From Candidatus Acidiferrales bacterium (GTDB lineage: Bacteria > Acidobacteriota > Terriglobia > Acidiferrales > UBA7541), in NCBI GenBank assembly GCA_049787175.1, contig JBAQYT010000135.1:2548-66547 (forward strand): a stretch of 64,000 nt of DNA, given 5' to 3'. A program made the translations under genes and the position numbers. Position 1 is the first letter of the stretch, and each line of letters starts with the position of its first letter. The notes under the pieces were generated by a model. That model was not told the DNA's origin and ran no database searches. It saw nothing but the letters and a program-made list of their open reading frames with translations. Positions 1 through 9,761 of this stretch are shown piece by piece.

Positions 1-1
1 A

Positions 2-781
2 GTTTTGAGCGGTTTTGCCGGTCAAATTGGGATTCTCATTGTCGATTACGTAAACGGAGATGCTGCTGCCGCTGTTTTCAAGATGGCAACAACTTTCGGA
101 ATAGTGCCTGCGTTGCTTGGAATGATCGTGGTTCTTCCTCTCATGCCAGTGGCACGGGAAGGAATTCTCAACGGGCACGACATTGCCGTCAGCTTAGTTC
201 TTCCCATCACGCGGTATCTGCTTATGTTAGGGCTACCGATTACGGCCGCAGGCTTAGTATTGGCGCCGGAGGTTATCGCAACATTTACGCGACACAGTTA
301 TGCTGGGGCTATATGGCCGTTGCGAATCTTGCTTGGCGCAAATCTTTTGCGGGCATGGATGACCGCTGCTTCTGGAGTCTTGTTCGTCGGCGAAGGTCTT
401 CGCGCACTAGCCAAGATTTATGGAGCCATGGTGACGATTACGTTGATCGCAGGCGTGTTTCTTGCCCGGCGCTGGGCGATCAACGGTATGGCCATTGCGC
501 AGCTTATGTCATGGACTATGGGAGCGATACTGATGTGCGCGTTCTTCCGGCGCAGATCATCCATGCGGCTGGAATGGAAGCTCTATCTGCGGCATGGTTG
601 TTCCGCGTTGATCATGGCGGGGGTCGTGTATTTCGGTACGCGAGTTTGCCACACGGCTTTCGAACGGTTAATACTGGGAGGCTGCATTTCCGCAACCGTG
701 TATCTGGCGCTCCTGTGGTTGCAGCGTGACTCCTCGTTGCTCAGCGCCGCAAGGGTCCTGCGAAATTGGGCTACAGGCTGA
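2..781 (+). CDS. Polysaccharide flippase (Wzx / MOP family), C-terminal part; the 5' end lies outside the window
   Basis: The frame is open from the window edge to TGA at 779-781. The product is a series of hydrophobic TM helices typical of the C-terminal half of Wzx-type exporters. It sits at the head of a glycosyltransferase/Wzy locus. Confidence 0.6.
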   Translation, partial: VLSGFAGQIGILIVDYVNGDAAAAVFKMATTFGIVPALLGMIVVLPLMPVAREGILNGHDIAVSLVLPITRYLLMLGLPITAAGLVLAPEVIATFTRHSYAGAIWPLRILLGANLLRAWMTAASGVLFVGEGLRALAKIYGAMVTITLIAGVFLARRWAINGMAIAQLMSWTMGAILMCAFFRRRSSMRLEWKLYLRHGCSALIMAGVVYFGTRVCHTAFERLILGGCISATVYLALLWLQRDSSLLSAARVLRNWATG

Positions 782-875
782 TTATGGCTATAAGTACTGC
801 ACCATCCGTCATCTTACAGCCACGGCTGTCGGTCTGCAGTTTGCAAATTCAGCGACTGGTTGGCAGGGTACAGAA

Positions 876-1604
876 ATGAAATTCGCCCATTCGCTTCCCA
901 AAGCACAGTTCGTCGGCTCAAGGAATGAAAGTATTCTGCGATATTGCGCGGGGAAAACCGTCTTGCACCTCGGATTCGTCGATGAAGGATTACTTGAGGA
1001 TCGTTTGCGAGAACAAAGCTGGTTGCACGCGCGACTTGCACAGGTCACCCGGAAATTGGTAGGCGTTGATGTGTCTGCGCAGGGTGTCAATCGCGCCCGC
1101 GAGCTTGGATACAATGACTGTTACGTAGGCGATGTAGAGAAGCTTTCCGCCGTACCATTTCCGCGTTTGGACTACGATATCATATTGGCGCCCGATATCA
1201 TCGAGCACCTCGCGAATCCCGGGCTGTTCTTATCCGAACTTCGCCAAATTCTCACCGATAGCATGGTTGTGCTGGTTACCACGCCTAATGCCCTTTCTAT
1301 TAGAACATTTTTCTATCCTTTGTCGGGCACTGAAGTGGTTCACCCAGACCACAACTTTTACTACTCGCCAACAACGCTTCCAACCTTGCTGAAGAAACAT
1401 GGGTATAAAATCGAGCATTTAGCCCTTTATTCAAGTTTTTGGAAGCCAAATTTCAGGGATCGGCGAAGCATTACAGAAAATTTTCTGAAGGGAATTTATC
1501 TGCCGATGGACATTACACTTCGCTATTTGCTTATTCCGTTTTTTCCTTACTTCAGCGACGGAATGATGCTTTATGCCAAAAAGAATAGCGAAGGACTTGC
1601 GTAG
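876..1604 (+). CDS. Class I SAM-dependent methyltransferase
   Basis: ATG at 876 ('MKFAHS...'). Motif I-like 'VLHLGFVDEG', 'DIILAPDIIEHL' and 'VLVTTPN' fit the Methyltransf_11/23 fold. The upstream part of track ORF 726..1604 overlaps the flippase and looks non-coding. Confidence 0.75.
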   Translation: MKFAHSLPKAQFVGSRNESILRYCAGKTVLHLGFVDEGLLEDRLREQSWLHARLAQVTRKLVGVDVSAQGVNRARELGYNDCYVGDVEKLSAVPFPRLDYDIILAPDIIEHLANPGLFLSELRQILTDSMVVLVTTPNALSIRTFFYPLSGTEVVHPDHNFYYSPTTLPTLLKKHGYKIEHLALYSSFWKPNFRDRRSITENFLKGIYLPMDITLRYLLIPFFPYFSDGMMLYAKKNSEGLA

Positions 1605-1660
1605 TAACTGTGCCAAATCAGAGAAGTAAGTAAGAAAAAACACGTTTCGACATCCCGTAG

Positions 1661-3157
1661 ATGAGCATAGAAACTCCACGCATATTGGAGCAGCAAACGC
1701 CGCGTTTACCGATCTCGGCCTTCGGGGCGCTCGCGGCCGTTGGCGTCATCATCGCAATCATGGTAGGGCTAACAAGGCCGGAAATCATTGACTTTGCCAG
1801 TCCAGACACCTTCGCATACACAGCTCAGCCGATGGTGTGGATCTTTGGCGCAGCAACGCTTTTACCTTGCCTGGCGTATGCTCGCAATGCTGGCACATCC
1901 ATTCGGTTTGGTCTCCTGCTTTGGTTCGTTCTCGGAACCATCACTTTCACAAAGGATTTCTCGTACATTCGCCTGCCAGGCGAGCCGATCTTTGTCACCG
2001 ATGTTCTCTTAGCAGTGCTTATCCTTTCCCTCATAATCTTCAATCCGAGGCTGAGAACAAATCTTCGTTCAACAGCGGGAAAGTTCTTGCTGTGTTATCT
2101 TGGAATAGGCGCGTTCACGTTATTCCGCAGCGTGCTTGCTGGACATCCTGTATTACTTAGCCTAAGGGATGCAGCGATTACTTGGTATGCCTTATTCTTC
2201 CTTGTTGGCTACCTATGCGCCTGCGACCCCCGCAAGCTGCTTTTGCTCGGTAAGATATTCTTCCTGGGCAGTGCTCTCACAAGCGTGGTTGCAATCTTCT
2301 ATTTCCTGCATTATCCGCAGTATGGATATGGAGTCCATCTTACGCCGGGTGGCATTTACGCAACTGCTGCACTAGGTGTGCTTTTAGTAGGCTTTGAAAA
2401 TGGATTTATTCATAAGGGTTTGTGGACTTATGGATTGGCCTTCCTGTTTGCGATTGGAGTGTTGCTCTCAGATGCCCGGACAAACTATCTCGCCCTTTGC
2501 CTAATGTTGGTCGCGGCATTTCTGTTTGTACCCAAAGCGCGCAGGAGAAGAAGACTGAGAGCGCTGAAGCCGCTACTCCGCGGCGCTATAGTTCTAACAC
2601 TTCTGGTTGTTATTCTCTCTGCCACGCCAGTTGCGCACAAATTTGTCACGGCGGGTCTTAAAATGGCCTATCAAGGACTATTCACGCCGAAACAGGACCC
2701 TGATGCGATGTGGCGTTTAGCTGCATGGGTAACAGCAGTCGATATTTTCCTTAGGCAACCTGTCTTGGGCGTCGGTTACGGTAGCCCTTTCCGGTTTGAA
2801 TTCCAATTAAATGCCAAGTCCCGCAAGATAAACGTGGATGCAAAGCCGCACAACACATATCTCACGGTGTTATATCAGATGGGGTTGATTGGTATCTTAC
2901 CTCTATTGGCCATTCTGCTTTACTTTTTCTTCCGCGCTTTCAGCTATCTTCGTGGGGCTTTATTCAATGACGCTCCATGCCTCCTCGTTACGATTTTTCA
3001 GATTGTCTTAGTCACTTTGGGAATGTTCAATCTCGTTTTGGAGACGCCATTCTACGGTTCGATTTTTTGGCTGAACTTGGGTATAGGTTTTTGGTTAATA
3101 GAAAGGAAGGTGAACTTGCAACCATCCGCTGGTCAATTAATGGCGAGGCTATGGTGA
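1661..3157 (+). CDS. O-antigen ligase/polymerase family membrane protein (Wzy-like)
   Basis: 498 aa with about 10 or more TM segments. It has a large loop with 'KPHNTYLTVLYQMGLIG', the signature region of the Wzy_C/O-antigen ligase domain. Confidence 0.75.
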   Translation: MSIETPRILEQQTPRLPISAFGALAAVGVIIAIMVGLTRPEIIDFASPDTFAYTAQPMVWIFGAATLLPCLAYARNAGTSIRFGLLLWFVLGTITFTKDFSYIRLPGEPIFVTDVLLAVLILSLIIFNPRLRTNLRSTAGKFLLCYLGIGAFTLFRSVLAGHPVLLSLRDAAITWYALFFLVGYLCACDPRKLLLLGKIFFLGSALTSVVAIFYFLHYPQYGYGVHLTPGGIYATAALGVLLVGFENGFIHKGLWTYGLAFLFAIGVLLSDARTNYLALCLMLVAAFLFVPKARRRRRLRALKPLLRGAIVLTLLVVILSATPVAHKFVTAGLKMAYQGLFTPKQDPDAMWRLAAWVTAVDIFLRQPVLGVGYGSPFRFEFQLNAKSRKINVDAKPHNTYLTVLYQMGLIGILPLLAILLYFFFRAFSYLRGALFNDAPCLLVTIFQIVLVTLGMFNLVLETPFYGSIFWLNLGIGFWLIERKVNLQPSAGQLMARLW

Positions 3158-3274
3158 GCAGGATGGTCAGCTTGCGTCTGCGACATTTACATGCACTTAC
3201 AGTTTCACGTGAGGTTTTGCAGCACACCGCTAGTCGTGGAGGGCTGCTGAAAAGCTTTGGGCGAGGAACGAAGA

Positions 3275-4429
3275 ATGCAGAAAGAAAGAGTAACGCGGCT
3301 TCTGCTTGTAGGTCCAACTCCACCTCCTTATAACGGGATGAGTGTGGCTACGGAAATGGTAAAGAGGGCGCTTCACGGGGTGATTGACTGTATTCATTTG
3401 GATACAGCCGACCGTCGTGGACTTGCGAATGTAGGTAAACTCGATTTCACGAATGTATTTCTTGCACTTTTTCACGGAATGAAATTTTTATGGATTCTGC
3501 TCAGCGATCGGCCTGCCTCGGTCTACGTACCAATCTCACAGTTATGGCTTCCTTTTCTCAGAGATTGCTTGTTTCTGGTTCCTGCGAGGCTATTGAATCG
3601 GGACGTTATTATTCATCTTCATGGGTCATATTTTCGGCGGTTTTATATTCACACTTCCCCGATAATGCGTGCCATAGTTCACTATGCGCTGGGGAATGTG
3701 ATGATTGCCATCGTCCTGGGCGAGAACGTCGCAAATGTATTTGATGGCATTCTTCCGCCAGACAGGATTCGCATCATTCCGAATGGAGTTCCGGATACGC
3801 TGTCAGGGCAAGCAGCCAAAAACGCAAAGCAAACGAATGGGTTCGCGCCAGTGGTGCTCTACCTGAGCACGCTCGCGGCTGGCAAAGGTTTTTCGGACAT
3901 TCTTCGTGCACTACCGGGAGTACGAGACCGAGTTGGCTCCGTTCGTGCTGTGTTCGCAGGAGAATGGTATTCGAGGCAGGATAAAGATATGGCTGACGAG
4001 CTCATTGAGAGTCTAGGTTTGCAAGCAGTTGTGGAGTTTACAGGACCCGTCGATCCCGAGCAACGGGCCCAACTCCTGGAAAAAGCTAGCGTGTTTGTCC
4101 TTCCAAGCAGGAATGAAGGCCAGCCGTACGCTATTCTGGAAGCTATGGCGGCCAGACTACCAATTATTTCAACCAAAATCGGCTGCATTCCCGAAACTGT
4201 ACGCGATAACGTAGAGGGATTTCTGATCGAGCCAGGGGACATTGAGACGCTGGCTAGAAAAATCTCTGATCTCTTACTTGACCCACGTCTGCTCCAAAGA
4301 ATGGGGGAGGCCAGCCGGCGAAGATTTCTCGACTGCTATACATACGAGAGATTTGCGGAAAAGATAAGAGCTGTTTTCGCGAGCCCGGCGCGGACTCCCT
4401 GTTTATCTGACAGCACAGGAGAATTGTGA
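3275..4429 (+). CDS. Glycosyltransferase family 4 (GT-B fold)
   Basis: 'PSRNEGQPYAILEAMAARLPIISTKIGCIPETVRDNVEGFLIEPGD' is the classic GT4 EX7E region. I chose ATG 3275 because GAGGAA lies 6 nt upstream; the track ORF starts at an upstream TTG (3257). Confidence 0.85.
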   Translation: MQKERVTRLLLVGPTPPPYNGMSVATEMVKRALHGVIDCIHLDTADRRGLANVGKLDFTNVFLALFHGMKFLWILLSDRPASVYVPISQLWLPFLRDCLFLVPARLLNRDVIIHLHGSYFRRFYIHTSPIMRAIVHYALGNVMIAIVLGENVANVFDGILPPDRIRIIPNGVPDTLSGQAAKNAKQTNGFAPVVLYLSTLAAGKGFSDILRALPGVRDRVGSVRAVFAGEWYSRQDKDMADELIESLGLQAVVEFTGPVDPEQRAQLLEKASVFVLPSRNEGQPYAILEAMAARLPIISTKIGCIPETVRDNVEGFLIEPGDIETLARKISDLLLDPRLLQRMGEASRRRFLDCYTYERFAEKIRAVFASPARTPCLSDSTGEL

Positions 4430-5163
4430 ATAATCCCGACACCGCTATAAAAACAGTGAATGGCAGTGAGCCAGGAAAAGCCAGCAACTTCCGGCGGGAG
4501 AGAATTCCCACAAGTCTTCGAAACATCTATTTGTTCTTTCAAGGATGTTTCGCACCAAAGAGATTTAGATTGCTTTACCGTTCCCTCGGACTAGACGGGC
4601 ACACCAGGGTCTTGGATCTTGGCGGTACCAGTCAATATTGGAATTTGGCGCAACGACTTGGTTTCCCAGTCCCAAGGGTGACCATTGTGAATACCACCGA
4701 TCCCGAGGATTCAACGTCAAATCGGCTGTCCTGGGTAAAAGCGGACGCGAGGAGGGTTCCTTTTAAGGACTTTGCTTTTGATGCAGTCGTGAGCAATTCC
4801 CTGATCGAACATCTTGGTGATTATGGGTCTCAGCAAGAGTTTGCCAATGAGGTTCGCCGCTTGGCACCGAATTACTTTGTACAGACTCCTAACCGGAATT
4901 TCCCGGTTGAGCCACACTTTTTGGGGCCCTCCGTTCATTGGCTGCCCAAGAGCGTACAACGAGCAACTATACGGAATTTAACCTTGTACGGAATACTGAG
5001 CAGGCCGTCACCCCGTGAGGTCGAAGAATTCCTTTCCGAACTGAGGCTGCTGACGAGACGTGATATGGATAACCTATTTAGTGGTGCACACATCATTAGC
5101 GAGAAGTGGCTGGGAATGAACAAATCAATCATCGCGTGTTCGGCTCAAAGTCGGCATGAATAG
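4426..5163 (+). CDS. Class I SAM-dependent methyltransferase (Methyltransf_11-like)
   Basis: 'VLDLGGTSQYWN' (motif I) and 'FDAVVSNSLIEHLG'. GTG start with GGAG 5 nt upstream, overlapping the GT4 stop (GTGA). Confidence 0.75.
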   Translation: MNNPDTAIKTVNGSEPGKASNFRRERIPTSLRNIYLFFQGCFAPKRFRLLYRSLGLDGHTRVLDLGGTSQYWNLAQRLGFPVPRVTIVNTTDPEDSTSNRLSWVKADARRVPFKDFAFDAVVSNSLIEHLGDYGSQQEFANEVRRLAPNYFVQTPNRNFPVEPHFLGPSVHWLPKSVQRATIRNLTLYGILSRPSPREVEEFLSELRLLTRRDMDNLFSGAHIISEKWLGMNKSIIACSAQSRHE

Positions 5164-5313
5164 GCTGCTCATCTCGGCACAACCGCACGGGAATCTGCCG
5201 AAGAAATGACGTGAGTTTCTATAGTGATTAAGAACGGGGCGCGATTGCCCTTTTTTAAATCAGTTGCGGGCGAGGGGTAAGAAAATTACTCACACAATGG
5301 GCGATTTGAAACG

Positions 5314-6117
5314 ATGACCTATCTCGGCAAGAAAAATGTCGTCGGAATTATGATCGACGCACTCGATTATGAGGGAGCCATCAATGCAATAGTAGGAGCA
5401 GCCAAGGAACGCCGCGGATTTGCAGTATCCACAGCGGCGGTGCATGCCGTGATGGAAGGCGTGCTTAATCCGGAACACAAATTCCGTTTAAATCATCTCG
5501 ACATGATAGCCCCAGATGGGCAACCCGTCCGGTGGGCGCTCAACCTGCTGCATGGATCAAAATTGTGCGACAGAGTGTATGGGCCGAAGCTCACGCTTAA
5601 GCTTTGCGCTCGAGCAGAAGCAGAGAAACTTAATGTCCTTTTTTATGGAAATACCACCGAAACATTGAACGCTCTTCGCGAAAAACTCATGCAAATGTTT
5701 CCTCGCTTGCGCATTGTTGGCATTTTGCCTTCGCAATTCCGAAAACTCAGCTTAGACGAACGAGATGAGATCGGCCGCCGGATTCGTGACACGGGTGCCT
5801 CGATTGTCATCGTTGGATTGGGTTGCCCACGTCAGGACAGCTGGTCTTACGAATACCGCGATATTCTCTCCGTACCTATCATTGCAGTAGGAGGCGCTTT
5901 TGGAGTTATTGCTGGCAACGTTGCCCAAGCACCAAAGTGGATGCAAGACCGCGGCCTTGAATGGCTGTTTCGCCTTTTTTGCGAGCCGAAACGCCTTTGG
6001 CGTCGCTACATTTTGTTGAATCCTGTTTACGCTGTTTTGGTGGCCTTGCAAGCATCCGGCCTTCTAAAATTCCAAACTGAAGGCAAGCAGCCCACGGCAG
6101 AATTGAGGTACGGGTGA
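5314..6117 (+). CDS. WecG/TagA/CpsF-family glycosyltransferase (GT26, ManNAc/ManNAcA-type transferase)
   Basis: 'MIAPDGQPVRWA', 'VGLGCPRQDSW' and 'AVGGAFGVIAG' are hallmark GT26 motifs. Confidence 0.85.
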   Translation: MTYLGKKNVVGIMIDALDYEGAINAIVGAAKERRGFAVSTAAVHAVMEGVLNPEHKFRLNHLDMIAPDGQPVRWALNLLHGSKLCDRVYGPKLTLKLCARAEAEKLNVLFYGNTTETLNALREKLMQMFPRLRIVGILPSQFRKLSLDERDEIGRRIRDTGASIVIVGLGCPRQDSWSYEYRDILSVPIIAVGGAFGVIAGNVAQAPKWMQDRGLEWLFRLFCEPKRLWRRYILLNPVYAVLVALQASGLLKFQTEGKQPTAELRYG

Positions 6118-6192
6118 AGCTGTGATTTTGTTTATCCCTTAGCTGGGAAAAAGAGACGCCATACAAATCCCATGTCTATTTTCAGGGAGTAA

Positions 6193-7119
6193 ATGCGAAT
6201 GCCTAATATTTTGGTCACTGGTGGAAGGGGCTTCATAGGAACAAATCTAATGAATGAACTGCGATCTCGTGGGCACAGCGTCTGGACATGCGACATCCTA
6301 CAGGGACATGACGACAAGCATTATAAGGCCGACGTTGCCGCTTTTCGCCAAATGGAATCTATTTTCATGAAGCAGTCCTTCGACTACGTCTATCACTTGG
6401 CGGCAGAGTATGGCCGATGGAATGGGGAAGATCACTATGAGAACCTCTGGCGAACGAATGTGGTTGGAACAAAACACTTGCTTCAACTGCAGGTGCACTA
6501 TAAATTTCGAATGGTGTTTTTTAGTAGCGCTGAAGTTTACGGCGACTACAACGGGCTAATGACCGAAGATCTCTTGGACAAGATACCCATCAAGCAAATA
6601 AACGATTATGCAATCACGAAATGGGCGGGTGAACTGCAGTGTTTGAATGCCGCAGAGATGTTTGGAACAGAGACTGTACGTGTCCGTCCTGTCGGCTGCT
6701 ATGGTCCTCACGAATACTACAGCCCCTATCGTGGCGTTATTCCGATATTTACGTATTCCTGCCTAAAGGCCAAGCCATTCAAAGTGTACCGCGGCCATCA
6801 GCGTATTTTTGACTTTGTGGAAGATACTTGCCGGACCTTCGCGAATATCGTCGACAATTTTATTCCAGGTGAGGTTTACAACGTTGGCAGCAAAGAAGAT
6901 TGGACCACTAGCATTGAGGAGCTCGCTAGCGTTATCCTCGAAGCGACTGGCGCTGCCCCGAAACTTGCACAATATGAGGGCAGTGAGCAATTCACCACCC
7001 GCGTAAAGGTAGTCGATTTCAGTAAAGCACGAAGAGATCTGCACCACGATCCACAAATCGATCTCCGTAGCGGGGTACGAAAATATGTATCGTGGATGAG
7101 ATCGGTTTACGAGGCTTAA
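6193..7119 (+). CDS. NAD-dependent sugar-nucleotide epimerase/dehydratase (extended SDR)
   Basis: Rossmann motif 'ILVTGGRGFIGTNL', 'SSAEVYG', and catalytic YxxxK in 'YAITKWAGE'. RBS AGGGAG lies upstream of the ATG. Confidence 0.85.
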   Translation: MRMPNILVTGGRGFIGTNLMNELRSRGHSVWTCDILQGHDDKHYKADVAAFRQMESIFMKQSFDYVYHLAAEYGRWNGEDHYENLWRTNVVGTKHLLQLQVHYKFRMVFFSSAEVYGDYNGLMTEDLLDKIPIKQINDYAITKWAGELQCLNAAEMFGTETVRVRPVGCYGPHEYYSPYRGVIPIFTYSCLKAKPFKVYRGHQRIFDFVEDTCRTFANIVDNFIPGEVYNVGSKEDWTTSIEELASVILEATGAAPKLAQYEGSEQFTTRVKVVDFSKARRDLHHDPQIDLRSGVRKYVSWMRSVYEA

Positions 7120-7149
7120 TCATCGTCTGATTAATACGGAGAAAAATGC

Positions 7150-8208
7150 ATGCAGGCATATCATGACAATATTCGCGACAAGGTAGTTCTAATTACCGGC
7201 GGCGCAGGGTCCATCGGCAGCAATCTGGCTCGCTCGGTTGCTGAACTCGGAGCAAGGGCTGTCATCATCTTGGATGATCTTTCGGCTGCTTACAAATGGA
7301 ATATTCCAAGCCTGCCGAACATTCTTTTTGTCGAAGGCAGTGTCCTCGATGAGACGGCGCTCAAACGCGTATTTGCGGAAAAGCCCCAGATCATCTTTCA
7401 TCTCGCTGCATTTTTCGCGAACCAGAATTCTATCGATTATCCCGAAAAAGACTTGCTCGTGAACGGGATGGGAACACTCCGCGTCTTTGAATATTGCGCT
7501 CTCGCAGGCGTCGACCGCGTCGTTTATGCCTCGTCGGGCTGCTCCATTTATGGGAGCGCTTCTCCATTGCCTCTTTGCGAAGATTTCATGTCTATGCATT
7601 TGACGTCACCTTATCAGATAACGAAAATGCTCGGAGAGCTCTACGCTAATTTCTTCCATCACCATAGCGGACTGCCAGTAGTGAAGGCACGCTTGTTCAA
7701 CTCGTACGGCCCCGGCGAAGTCCCAGGACAATACCGAAACGTGATTCCGAATTTCATTTTTCGGGCGCTTCTCAAGCAACCGTTGCCATTCACGGGGAGT
7801 GGCGACGAAACAAGAGATTTTACGTATGTAATGGATATTGTAGATGGTTTACTACGGGCGGCCTATTTTGAAATGGCCGTCGGCAAAGAAATGAACATTG
7901 CTTCGGGGAAAGAAATTAATATCTTAAAAATGGCGGAGCTTGTTAACGACCTTACGGGGAATACAGCTGGTATCTGCAGAGCGAAACCGAGGGTTTGGGA
8001 CACAAAAAAACGCTTGCTCGCGTCCATTGGCCGCGCGGAGGAAATGATCGGTTATCAGCCAAAAATGGACTTCGAAACGGGCCTGAGAAACACTATTGAA
8101 TGGTTCCAAAGCCACATGGATGAAATTATTAGCTGTGCGGGATTCCCTCCGGGTATGTCATCGGCGGCTCGGCCTTTACAAGAACTCTCTCCCGCACTGT
8201 CGCGTTAA
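7150..8208 (+). CDS. NAD-dependent sugar-nucleotide epimerase/dehydratase (extended SDR)
   Basis: 'VLITGGAGSIGSNLA', 'SSGCSIYG', and YxxxK in 'YQITKMLGE'. Confidence 0.85.
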   Translation: MQAYHDNIRDKVVLITGGAGSIGSNLARSVAELGARAVIILDDLSAAYKWNIPSLPNILFVEGSVLDETALKRVFAEKPQIIFHLAAFFANQNSIDYPEKDLLVNGMGTLRVFEYCALAGVDRVVYASSGCSIYGSASPLPLCEDFMSMHLTSPYQITKMLGELYANFFHHHSGLPVVKARLFNSYGPGEVPGQYRNVIPNFIFRALLKQPLPFTGSGDETRDFTYVMDIVDGLLRAAYFEMAVGKEMNIASGKEINILKMAELVNDLTGNTAGICRAKPRVWDTKKRLLASIGRAEEMIGYQPKMDFETGLRNTIEWFQSHMDEIISCAGFPPGMSSAARPLQELSPALSR

Positions 8209-8251
8209 AACTTTACCAGGATCTCAGCACCATCTTAAGCGACGGAGAAAC

Positions 8252-9406
8252 ATGGCAGCGGTAAGTCTTCCTTACTGCATGGTGATTGTTGGCACGCGTC
8301 CCGAAGTGATTAAAATGGCGCCCGTCGTGCTGTGTCTGCAGGAAGACGCAAAAATCAAGACAAGGTTAGTCGCCACCGCCCAGCATCGCCAAATGCTTGA
8401 TCAGGCTCTTCAACTCTTTGGCTTGAGCGCGGACATTGATCTAGATCTGATGCAAGAGTCGCAACGGCTTCCGCTATTCGTGGCGGAAGCGGTGTTGGCC
8501 TTGTCGCGCGTCCTTCACGATGAGAAACCGGATCTCATATTAGTCCAAGGCGACACAACGACAACACTGGCTGCGTCCCTAGCTGGCTTCTACGAAAAAA
8601 TCCCCGTGGCTCATGTGGAAGCAGGATTGCGCAGCCATGACATGCAGAGTCCGTTTCCCGAGGAGATGAACCGGCGTGTTGTTACACTGCTGGCAGAGAT
8701 TCACTTCGCCCCCACCGTCGAAGCACGTGACAATTTGATTCGCGATCACGTCGATTCCCACCGGATTGTCGTCACAGGAAATCCTGTTATTGACGCCTTG
8801 CATATGATTAAAGATCGTGCCGTAGCTGTCGCATCCAGTCGCTTTCCTTTTCTGAGGAACGGCTTGCGAACACTGCTGGTTACGGCTCATCGGCGCGAGA
8901 ACCATGGTGAACCTCTTCGAAGAATTTGCCATGCTATTTCGTCCCTGACCCTTCAGCATCCGGATATTCAGATCATATGGCCTGTTCATCCGAATCCCCA
9001 CGTCGAGAGTACAGTGCGAAACATGCTCGCCGACAAAGAACGGATTCACCTGACAAAACCTCTTGACTACTGTGCATTCGTCGGCGTACTCGCGTTATCT
9101 GAGTTCGTGCTTTCTGATTCGGGAGGAGTGCAGGAGGAAGGCCCGGCCCTTGGCAAGCCAGTTCTTGTCTTACGCGACACAACAGAGCGGCCCGAAGCAG
9201 TTGCCGCTGGTGTAACAAAGTTGGTCGGAAGCAACGAGCATCTAATCCTGAAAGAAGCCTCGCGTCTCCTGACCAGTTATGAATCCTATTGCCAAATGGC
9301 TCGCCAGATTTGCCCTTACGGAGATGGGAAAGCCTCGAAACGTATTCTGTCAGCAATCTCTTCGCGTCTTGGTATTGACCGGACCGGGGATTTTTGTACC
9401 CGGTGA
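8252..9406 (+). CDS. wecB: UDP-N-acetylglucosamine 2-epimerase (non-hydrolysing)
   Basis: 'VIVGTRPEVIKMAPV', 'LVQGDTTTTLA', 'VAHVEAGLRS', 'PFPEEMNRR' and 'SDSGGVQEEGPALGKPVLVLRDTTERPE'. ATG 8252 has GGAGA upstream. The track ORF start at 8096 overlaps the preceding gene. Confidence 0.9.
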   Translation: MAAVSLPYCMVIVGTRPEVIKMAPVVLCLQEDAKIKTRLVATAQHRQMLDQALQLFGLSADIDLDLMQESQRLPLFVAEAVLALSRVLHDEKPDLILVQGDTTTTLAASLAGFYEKIPVAHVEAGLRSHDMQSPFPEEMNRRVVTLLAEIHFAPTVEARDNLIRDHVDSHRIVVTGNPVIDALHMIKDRAVAVASSRFPFLRNGLRTLLVTAHRRENHGEPLRRICHAISSLTLQHPDIQIIWPVHPNPHVESTVRNMLADKERIHLTKPLDYCAFVGVLALSEFVLSDSGGVQEEGPALGKPVLVLRDTTERPEAVAAGVTKLVGSNEHLILKEASRLLTSYESYCQMARQICPYGDGKASKRILSAISSRLGIDRTGDFCTR

Positions 9407-9761
9407 AGTGAGAGGGAATTCACTTGGAGGAAGACCGGTCATGCCCATGATGAGATACAAGCCGGAGCAGATCGTGACGCTGCTGCGGCAAAATTGAAGT
9501 GGCCATCGCCAACGGAAAGACCACCGCGCAAGCCTGCAAAGAAGCCCAGATCACAGCACAGACCTGCTCCCGCTGGCGGTAAGGAATACGGCGACTGAAG
9601 CTGGATCAGTCGAAACGCCTCAACACTGGGCGTCCGCACTCGGCGCTCGGTTATAGGCCGCCGCGCCGGCGGCTATGACCCCCTGGTTTCACCCAACTCG
9701 ATTTCACAGCGCGAGGCTGTGATGTAAACTCTCTCGTTCGCCGTGGTGCAAAGAGTCGGTC
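9404..9761 (+). mobile_element. Decayed, internally deleted IS3-family insertion sequence (ends approximate)
   Basis: Contains the transposase remnant described in the next feature. The right side ends in '...GGTCAGGTCA', which has the TG...CA type terminus of IS3/IS407-group IRs. The left border is assumed at the TGA of wecB, and the IR match between the two ends is poor. Confidence 0.45.
9441..9727 (+). pseudogene. IS3-family transposase pseudogene (orfA N-terminus fused to the orfB C-terminus, with frameshifts and stops)
   Basis: Frame 1 gives 'MPMMRYKPEQIVTLLRQ' then a stop. Shifting frame gives 'IEVAIANGKTTAQACKEAQITAQT..RWR*..LKLDQSKRL', the HTH of IS3 OrfA. This runs directly into 'RPHSALGYRPP', the conserved extreme C-terminus of the IS3 OrfB integrase. 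About 1 kb of the element is therefore missing. Confidence 0.7.

Noticed and set aside
8096-8251. N-terminal extensions offered by the ORF track (for example 8096 for wecB, 60035 for trpB, 53235 for the REC-DUF4388 gene, 32054 for cheY, 36915 for cheW, 56135 for the binding protein, 39017 for the TonB-C gene)
   Set aside because: The extensions overlap the preceding gene or a promoter, are Arg-rich or non-homologous, and lack an RBS. Internal ATG/GTG starts with an RBS or ATGA coupling fit the conserved protein N-termini.
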